Part shown: piece after piece, positions 54,833-64,000 of the stretch | How positions within the stretch are numbered: the stretch's first letter is position 1 | Layout of the letters: every line of letters starts with the position of its first letter | From: Eledone cirrhosa | Taxonomy: Eukaryota | Reading direction: 5' to 3' | NCBI GenBank assembly: GCA_964016885.1 | Contig: OZ024742.1 | Coordinates: 108,500,001 to 108,564,000, forward strand | Length of the DNA stretch: 64,000 nucleotides | Translations under genes and position numbers: made by a program | Notes under the pieces: generated by a model | Databases searched by the model: none | What the model saw: only the letters and a program-made list of their open reading frames with translations | Told to the model about the DNA's origin: nothing

Positions 54833-55621
54833 TTCTTTATTAGCCACAAGGGCGCAACAAGAAAGGGGACAATACAAAGACATGCCGGGGATTTTACATA
54901 CAGTCGTGTAAAAAATATAAAAACAAACAATTTCAACAATCGAAATCCCCAATAGGGGGGAGGCGCCACAAATGGGTTGTTTAATACCCCGTCGCTAGAA
55001 CAACCCTCAACTCCAGGAGCGTGTTGTGCAAGTGCTCCTTTCTTCCTTTTGCTCTCTTCCTCAACCTACAGGCTTATAAACAGAGAAGGCCCAATCACTC
55101 GGGCCATTTTCGCTTCATTCACCCACCTTTCAGTAAATTTACTGGGGTGCAGTGCCTCTCTCTCCACCCTGATTCTCCTTCTAAAGTGATACTTAAAGAA
55201 TGGAATCAATTGTTGTCCGGAGAGAAAGGCATCTGTCCTCAGTCCTCTCAACCTCGTCCACCATATAACTTCTTTCACCATAGCCACCGTACAGAGGAAA
55301 ACCGCTTCTCTTTTGTTTTTGAAAGAGTCTGGCGGTTTGATCCTTACTATGGACTCGGCAGTCAACTGTATTTGTCCCATACGCGACAGCAGTTGTTCTG
55401 CATAGTTCCACAGGTCGCTTACGCCCGGGCAGTGTACAATTGCGTGCAGAACTGTTTCAATGTCCTGCGCACATCTTGGACACGTCCTCTTGGAAGGATC
55501 CCTGCCAGGGCGTCCGTGCCTGTAGATCTTATCACGAACCGGTAGAGCTCCTCGGTAGCACTGCCAGGCCAGGGACCTCTGGAAGTTGTCCATAGGTCCC
55601 GGGCGGAAAGTCCTACCAAAC
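54833..55621 (-). mobile_element. Tx1/L1-clade LINE copy A, 5'-truncated
   Basis: ORF 55066-55623 with LAWQCYRGALPV and CPRC...HAIVHC; 3' end AATAAAGAA then (TCTA)n; bounded by (GATA)n on both sides. Confidence 0.9.
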
Positions 55622-55874
55622 ATAGAAAGATAGATAGATAGATAGATAGATTTCTATTTATTGCCACGAGGGCGCAAAAGAAGGGGACAAATACAAGGGG
55701 GTAGTTTACACAAAAAGTCGAGTAAAGAAAACAAATAAATATAAAATTAACAATAAAGTCCTCAATAGGGAGGAGGCGTTTTGGGGGGTCGCACACACCC
55801 CCGAATAAAGTGTGCAACCCTTCTCCTCAGGAGCACAGAGAGAGGGTGCTCCCTCGTTCCTTCATCTTTTCCAT

Positions 55875-58800
55875 CTACAGGCTGATGTAGAGAGAAGGCC
55901 CATTCACACGGGCCATTCTCGCCACTTTCACCCACCTTTCATAAAAACGACTGTGGTGGAGCACCTCTCTCTCCATCCTGATCCTTCTTCCGAAATGATA
56001 TCGGAAGAAACGGATCAGTTGTTGGCCAGAGAAAGGTGCCTGACCTCAGTCCTTTCAGACGCGTCCACCATACAACCTCTTTCACCATGGCTATTACGTA
56101 CAGAAACACCGCCTCTCCTTCATTTTTGAAGGGGGGAGGCGGCTTAATCGTTACAATGGCTTCGGTGGTCAACCGGATCGGTCCCACCCGTGACAGCAGT
56201 CGTTCGACATAGCCCCACAGATCAGCTACGGCCGAGCAGTGTACCAATGCGTGTGCAACGGTTTCCTCGGCGCACACGCATCTGGGACAGATCTTTTTGG
56301 CGAGGTCCCTACCCAGACGCCCGTGTCTTTAGAGCTTTTCTCGAACGGGTAGAGCCCCTCGGTAGCACTGCCAGGCTAGGGATTTCTGGAAGTTGTCCAT
56401 AGGTCCCGGGCTGAATGTCCTACCGAACAGGCTGGCCAGTTCGTCTTCCTCCATGTCTAGGGCTTCTCCGAAGGCGTCGTCGTATCTGCTGTTTACCAGC
56501 CCTCTATAGAATGTCGAGGTGGAGTCTCCACTGATAACCGGGTCCGCTTGCCAGAGGGCCGTGAGCGCCTGGGGACACTCAGTGTGCCAGGCGCCCAGTT
56601 TTCTCGGTCTTTGCTTGACCCAGGATTGCAGCTGGGTGAGTGAGACGAGTCTGGGAAAGGTTTGTCTCACAAACGGGGCCCACACCGGTTGTCCGGTGAG
56701 GAATACGTGGAGGTGTCGTAGCCTTAATGCGTGTTTACGCATCATTAGCCACGGCATCCCCAGCCCTCCTTTCGACGGGTGTTGACAGCAGATGGATCTC
56801 CTCACCAAAGGAGCCCGCTTCTTCCAAAGGAATTGGAAGAGTGCGTGCTCCATCTTGGCGAGGGTTTCCCTTGGTCAAGGCACGACGGTCAGGCGGTAGT
56901 AGATGACGGACGCTATATAGGTGTTCACCAGCTCCGCCCGACCTTTCAGGGATAGTTTGCAACTGGCCCACTTCTGGGTCAGTGCAAACAGCCTGTTCGT
57001 AACCTCACCCCAGTTCTTCTCCACCTGGAGGTCTGGTCCGAACCAGACCCCGAGCAACTTCACCGGCCCTCCGTCCAGCGTCCGACGATGCCATCGGAGG
57101 GCATCGGTTTGCCCCTCCACGTGCCGAGTTGCAAACCGATCGCCTTGTTCCGGTTCAGCTTAGCCCCTGTAAACCTTTCGTACTCCTCCAGTAAGGTGCC
57201 GATCGCCCGATTTCGGAGGCCGTCGACACCATTACTGTCACGTCATCGGCGTAGGCCGACACCGCATTCCGCAATCCCGGTTCCAAAGGGATGCCCTGCA
57301 ACATCTCCAACTTCCGCAGTAGTGGCTTGGGAGTCAATAAATACAGAAGGGAGGAGAGAGGGCACCCTTGTTGGATGGACCGCGCGATTTCGAACGGATC
57401 CGGGAGGTAGCCGTTCACCTTGACTCTAGAGCAGATGCGGCTGCTGTGCATAGCAGTGATCCAGCCCCTTAAAACGGGTCCGAAGCCTGCCGCCGCTAGC
57501 ACTGCATCCAGGTAACCATGGTCGATCCTATCGAACGCCTTAGATTGATCCAAGTTGATCAGGGACCCACCAAAGCCGGGTTCGTTCCCAACACTCTCTA
57601 TGATGTATCGCATGAGGTGGAGGTTGCAGTAGACCGCCTCGATGAGATCGGGGAGCAAGTCCGGTATAGCTAGATTTAGTTCGTATGGAAGACCATCGAG
57701 ACCCGGGGATTTGCGTTTGCCGCATTGGCTCAGCACGTCCTCTATCTCAGCGGCTGAAATCGGCTCCTCGCAGGACTTCGCCTCCTCGTCCTAAAGACGC
57801 GGCAGGCCGTCGATGTATGAACCGAAGTCCACTTCCCCAACCGGCTCCCCGCCCCTTCCGAACAATCGGGCAAAGTGCCTTTGAAAGGCCTCACACATCT
57901 ACTTAGGTTCAAAGATCGCCAGTCCATTCTGGTCTCGCAAAGACCGGATGGTGGATTTAGTTCCACTCTTGGCTTCTGTCACGCGAGCCCAGCTAACAGC
58001 TTTGGTCCCCTCGTTTCCTAGAGCATGTATTTTACTTCGGACAACGCAGCCTTCGTGCTTCGCGTCGAAAAACTGGCTCAAAGCGGTTCTCGACGCTAGC
58101 ACTCTGGCCACGTCGCTGCTTCTAATTGCCTCTTCTACTCTGTCTATCAGCTCCCTTTCCTTCCTATTCCTATCCGCAGCTAAAACTTTACTAAATTCTA
58201 TCGAGACTAATATAATCTCTCTCTTTAGAGATACCCACCACCTGCTGTTGACGATCGCTCCACTCAACCGCTCCTTAACTAACGTACTAATCCGGTTCCT
58301 GTAAACTTTACTTGGCGGTAGGGACAAGTTCAGCTTCCAGTAACCGGGACCCTGTCTATGCGTTCTATCAAGGTTGACCATGCAGGTCACTAACTTGTGA
58401 TCTGAATAGCCAACCATGAGCATTTCTGGACAACTTAAAAAGTCCCTGTCCTTATTTCTAACTAAGAACCTATCTAGGTACGATCTAGATTGACCGCTGC
58501 GGTTTGACCAAGACCAGGTTGGCACAGTCGGAAAATCTAGTCGAAATCTATCGACCAATCAAATCGGCCGAGTAACTCCTTGAGGCTGTTACACCCCTCT
58601 CTATTGGGACATGCCCCTGCATAGTCCCAACGTGCATCCAGGATACCAATCCAATCCCCCACTAAAAGCAGAGAACGGGACGTCCCTAGAAAAGACTCCA
58701 GACGCTGGAAGAAGTCAGGCCGCTCTGTCCCAAAAGGGGCATATGCGACTACCAGCCTAAAGGCTCCACCTTCACCATTGCCAAGGCCCAGCACCACCAG

Positions 58801-59046
58801 TCGACCCCCTGGGTCCAAGTGAACTATGTGGGGCGATACCCAGATGTTTTTGCAGCAGAACGACAACCCCAACTCCACCACCGGGCTGACAGAGAGATGC
58901 GTGCATCTCAAAGTCATCAGAGGTGGGGGCCAGCTGTCGCACATTTATACATCGTGACCTGACCTGAAGTCATTTAGAAGCATTGCTTGCTTCCAAGGTG
59001 AGCCCAGGCCACGCGCATTTATACAACCTATTCTCAATACAGCCAT
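55875..59046 (-). pseudogene. Tx1-type ORF2 (APE endonuclease, RT, C-terminal Zn finger), frameshifted
   Basis: Starts MAVLRIGCINARGL; GRLVVL, AYAP, LLVGDW, SYLDRFL, YSDHKLV, GPGYWKLN, KSPGLDGLP, LDQSKAFDRI, QGCPLS, AYADDV, LSLKGRA. Confidence 0.9.
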
Positions 59047-59049
59047 GTT

Positions 59050-60849
59050 GGTGGTAAAGAGACAAGGCACCGCTCTGTGTCCCGGGGACCGGGCCGCACA
59101 ATTTCCATGGGGGTGGGGGATGGGTTGTTGGGTGGGGTGGTGGTTTTTGGAAGTGTAGGGGCATCGGTGTGTGGTGAGGTTGGGGTGTTTGGAGTTGTGT
59201 GGGTGTCTGGGGGGGGGGGGAGATTTTTTAGGAGGACACGGTTAATGGGTCTGACGCAGGGGAGCCCCACGCCCTCTTTAAAAGTGTCTTTTAACGTGTT
59301 GTAAATGTCCATTGGGGCTTTTATCATTTTGAGGTGGGGGAAATACCCTGCCTGGGTGAAGTTAGGCCCTTTGGTTTTTACCAAATTGTTATTATAAATA
59401 ATGTTTAACAGTTTTTTGTTTCTTGTGTTTATGTATGTGTATGCATATTTTTGTTTTTGTGTGGTGTTTTTTGTTTGCTGTTGCTGTGTGTTCTTTTATG
59501 TTGATGTCTGTGTTATGTTTTGGGGAGGGGTTGTTTTTATTTGTGTGTCTGAGGTGTGTTTTCTTTTCTTTCTTCTAACTTTTTGGAAGTGTTCTCCCTC
59601 GTTTGACGACGAACGGGGTCGTCTTCCGTGTTGGAGGGGAAGGGTAAATTTTCGGGTAGTGTTTGCGGTGCGAGTGTTTTAGAAATTGTTTTTTGAGTGA
59701 GGGGGGGGGGGATGGGTTGGACAGTGTTTGGTTTTGTGTTAACTTGTGGTTGTTATTTTTGAAGTGGTGGTGGTGGTGATTGTGTTGCTTGTGTAGTTGT
59801 TGGTGGTGTGGGCAGAATTGGAGTTTTCTTTTTAAATTGAGGACAAACAGCCCTCAGGTTACCTCTGGTTCCACAGAGGTAACACGAGGGCCGCCTACCC
59901 TCAACGGTAATGTTTATAAAAGTTTGGTCATCCAGTATGACGCGTTCAGGGATCTGGGCGATCCTTTCGGGCCTCATTTGAACTAAAAGTTCGAGGCCCG
60001 TTCCACTGAACGCGTCACCCGATGACTTTCCCATGGATATTAATATGTCATCGTTCAGGTCAAGAAAACCTGTTAACACCCACCATATGTCCATGATTGG
60101 AAGAATGGTGTGTATTTTTATTTTCTGCGTCCTTCTACCCATGTACGTAGGGTAGAAGGTGTATGCGGTGGATGTAATAGGTTTTACCGAAAGTTTTTTG
60201 CCGTGTCCTGGTCCTTCATGAGAATGGATAGACTCCCATAGAGTCTATGCTTTTGTATGAACAGAATGTCTTTCATTACATCTTTTAAGACCAGCTCTAT
60301 CTCACTCTGTGATGGTTGAGCTGGTCTTTTCGTTTTATTTAACACTGTCCTAAACATCACTGTGTTTAGGAGTCTCTGACTTTTTAATTCCGGGGGGGGG
60401 GGGGGGCGAAAATGATCCATTTTCCACGTATACTATGTATTTTTTGGCTTCTGCCAGTAGCTCCTTAGCGTTGCTTATGTCTACTGGCAGGTATTCAAGG
60501 TTTTTTTCGCAGTTTGGGCAAAGGAAATATTTTCCTTGTTCGTGGAGTTGTTCGTGTTGCTGTTGTTGGTGGTGGTGTTGTTGTTATCATTGTTGCTGTT
60601 GTTCTTGTTGTTTTTGTTGTCATTATTGTTGTTGTTGTTGTTCTGGTTAGTGTTGTTTATATTTTGCATGTTGTTGGTGTTTGTGTTAGTGTTGATGTTA
60701 CAGTCAATGTTCGACATCGTGTTTTCAAAACTGACATTTTCGGCGTCTTTCAATGAGGTGGTGAGAGGAGTTGCGTGCGAGCTTAACACTCTTACCGCCT
60801 CTCCACCACTTCTAGTACTGGACGCAGCGTTCATGACTGAATGCAACAT
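59050..60849 (-). pseudogene. Tx1-type ORF1 (gag-like, zinc knuckle), frameshifted
   Basis: N-rich N-terminus, SFAQ, ITVEGRRPSCYLCGTRGNLRAVCP (CX2CX4[H>N]X4C), Pro/Thr-rich tail. Confidence 0.75.
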
Positions 60850-61053
60850 TACAAATTATTTTCTTCACCGAAGAAATTTCAAACGAAAATTTCACCCCAG
60901 GGAGGGGTGAAGATGACTTGACCTACCGTCTGAAAGTCCAGACGTGGGGTCAAGCTATAAAATAGTATTAAATTTAACAATAAATATTTGATTTCTAACT
61001 TAGAAAATCAACCAAAACTTACCAGCGAACTGGCACACGGCTCAAGTAAAACC

Positions 61054-61138
<85 letters not shown>
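61054..61138. repeat. (GATA)n microsatellite at LINE junction
   Basis: Directly visible. Confidence 0.95.
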
Positions 61139-61140
61139 TA

Positions 61141-64000
61141 TTTCTTTATTAGCCACAGGGGCACAAAAGAAGGGGACAAATACAAAGGGGGAAGTTTACA
61201 TACAATAAAAACGTGTAAAATGTTATCACAGATGGAATTTAAAAGTTAGTCGATTTTCCCCAATAGAGGGAGACAGTTTATATGGGTAACACAGACCCCC
61301 GAAAAAAATGTGCAACCCTCATCTCCAGGAGTACGAAGAGCTTGTACTCCTTTCCTCTCCTCCTCCTTTTCCTCAACCTACAGGCTGATATAGAGAGAAG
61401 GCCCATTCACTCGGGCCATTCTCGCCACTTTCACCCACCTTTCATAAAACTTGCTGGGGTACAGCACCTCTCTCTCCATCCTGATTCTTCTTCCAAAGTG
61501 GTATTTGAAAAAAAGAATCAGTTGTTGGCCGGAGAGAAAGGTGTCTGACCTCAGCCCTTTCAACCTTGTCCACCATACAACCTGTTTCGCCATAGCTATC
61601 ACACAAAGGAAAACCGCCTCTCCTTCGTTTTTGAAGGAGGGTGGCGGTTTGATCATGACAATGGACTCGGTGGTCAACTGGATTGGTCCCACCCGCGACA
61701 ATAGTCGTTCTACATAGCCCCACAGGTCAGTGACGCCCGGGCAGTGTATGAATGCGTGCGCGACAGTTTCTTCGTCTCGCACGCACCTCGGACAGATCTT
61801 TTTTGCAGGGTCCCTGCCCGGGAGCCCATGTCTGTAGAGCTTATCTATAACTGGTAGAGCTCCTCGGTAGCACTGCCAGGCCAGGGACTTTTGGAAGTTG
61901 TCCATCGGTCCCGGGCGGAAGGTCCTACCGAACAGACTGGCTAGTTCATCTTCCTCTACGCCTAGAGTTTCACCGAGCGCGTCGTCGCACTTGCTGCGGA
62001 TCAACCCTCTATAGAATGACGAAGTGGAGTCTCCACTGATCGCCGGGTCCGCCTGCCAGAGGGCTGTGAGCGCCTGAGCACATTCGATGTGCCAGTTGCC
62101 CATTTTCCTCGGTCTTTGCTTGACCCAGGACTACAGTTCGGTCAGCGAGACGAGTCGTGGGAAGGCTCGCCTCACGAACGGGGCCCACACCGGTTGTCCG
62201 GTGAGGAATACGTAGAGATGCCGCAGCCTGAGCGCGTGTTTGCGCATCGTCAACAACGGCATCCCCAGCCCTCCGTTAGAAGGGTGTTGGAAGCAGATGG
62301 ATCTTCTCACCAAAGGAGCCCGCCTCTTCCAAAGGAATTGGAAGAGCGCGCGCTCCATTTTGGCGAGCGTTTTGGCTGGACAAGGCACGACGGTCAAGCG
62401 GTAGTAGATGTCGGACGCTATAAAAGTGTTCGCCACCTCCGCTCGACCTTTCAAGGATAGTTTGCACTCGGCCCACTTCTGGGTGAGTGCAAACACCTTA
62501 GCCGTCACTTCGTTCCAGTTCTTCTCCACCTGGAGGTCCGGACCAAACCAGACCCCGAGCAGCTTTACCGGTCCTTCCGCCCAGCGTCCGACGACGCCAT
62601 CGGAAGGCATCGGTTTGCCTGTCCACGATCCGAGTTGCAAACCGATGGACTTGTCTCGGTTCAGCTTCGCTCCTGTGAAACTTTCGTATTCCTTCAGTAA
62701 GGTGCCGACTTCCTCGATTTGCGAGGCGCTCGACACCATTACTGTCACGTCGTCGGCGTAGGCCGACGCCGCTTTCCACAGTCCCGGTTCCAGAGGGATG
62801 CCCTGCAATAGCTCCAACTTCCGCAGTAGTGGCTCGAGAGTCAGTACGTACAGAAGGGAGGAGAGATGGCATCCCTGTCGAATGGATCGCGTAATATGGA
62901 ACGGCTCCGAGAGGTAGCCGTTCACCTTGACCCTTGAGCAGATGTTGCTGTTGTGCATTGCAGCAATCCAGCCCCTGAACACGGGTCCGGAGCCTGCCGC
63001 CTCGAGCACCGCATCCAGGTAAAGATGGGCAACCCTATCGAAAGCCTTAGACTGATCCAAGTTGATCAGGGCCCCACCGAAGCCGGGTTTACACCCTACC
63101 CTCTCTATGATGTATCGCATGAGGTGGAGGTTGTCGTGTATGGACCTGGTCGGGATTACGCATGTCTGCTCTACTCCCACCAGGTTCTCGACGACAAACG
63201 CCAGTCTTTTTGCCAACACCTTGGCCAAAATCTGTAACTCTGTGTTTAGCAGAGTTATGGGCCGGAAGTTGCCTATGTCATCCCCCTTATTCTCGTCCTT
63301 CCTGATTAGTGTGACTACGCCCCCGGTTACAGAACTGGGAATTCTCCCGTTCTGTTGCCAGTTGCAGTAGACCGCTTCCAGGAGACCGGAGAATAAGTCC
63401 GGCATTACTACGTAAAATTCGTAGGGTAGACCGTCGAGACCTGGAGATTTGCGTTTGCCGCATTGGCTCAGCGCGTTCCCTATTTCAGCGGCTGAAATCG
63501 GCTTTTCGCAGAACTTTGCCTCGCTGTCCGAGAGTCGCGGTAGGCCGTCGAGGTATGGACCGAAATCCATAGCCCCTCCCGGCGCGCCGCGCCGCCCGAA
63601 CAGCCGAGCAAAGTGCCGCTGAAAGGCCGCACACATCTGCTTCGGCTCACGTATCACGCGTCCGTTTTGGTCCTTCAAAGACCGTATCGTGGACTTGTTG
63701 CCACTTTTTGCCTCCGTCACTCGGGCCCAGCTAACAGCTTTGGCTCCCTCGTTACCCAGAGCACGTATTTTGCTTCTGACAACGCAGCCCTCGTGCTTTG
63801 CGTCGAAGAACTGGTCCAAGGCCGGTCCTGTTGCTAGCACGCTGGCTACGTTGCCACTTCTAATTGCCTCTTCTACTTTATCTACCAGTTCCTTCTCGGT
63901 TCTATTTCTATCTAACGCTAATTATTTACTAAAAACTAACGAGTCTAATCTAACTGCCCTCTTGAGAGAGTACTACCATCTGTTGTTGACAATGGCCCCT
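61141..64000 (-). mobile_element. Tx1/L1-clade LINE copy C (continues beyond window)
   Basis: ORF pieces 62131-63840 (RT: NFRPITLLN, LDQSKAFD, YADDV) and 61378-62103 (CPRC...HAFIHC) in different frames; 3' end AATAAAGAAA then (TCTA)n. Confidence 0.92.

Larger units (their letters stand above)
55652..61053 (-). mobile_element. Tx1/L1-clade LINE copy B, full length but decayed
   Basis: 5' UTR + ORF1 + ORF2 + 3' UTR between (GATA)n tracts at 55622-55651 and 61054-61138. Confidence 0.9.

Overview
AT-rich eukaryotic non-coding DNA, crowded with microsatellites and transposable elements. The repeat landscape (tRNA-type SINE families, Dong/R4, RTE, Penelope-like and Tx1 LINEs, long TA/CA tracts) suggests an octopus/cephalopod genome; this is inference. 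No host protein-coding gene is supportable, and most short ORFs in the track are microsatellite artefacts. Main contents: (1) an apparently intact R4/Dong-type non-LTR retrotransposon (1170-aa RT + CCHC + restriction-like endonuclease) lying between (CATA)n tracts; (2) a head-to-tail stack of three Tx1/L1-clade retrotransposons, each junction being a (GATA)n tract; (3) a decayed mariner, two abutting hAT-type MITEs, RTE and Helitron-like remnants and many SINEs; (4) Penelope-like GIY-YIG/RT fragments and several TA-flanked tandem/inverted modules carrying type I hammerhead-ribozyme folds of several distinct sequence families, including a U3-A8 core variant supported by covariation. All folds and alignments were done by eye and are unverified.
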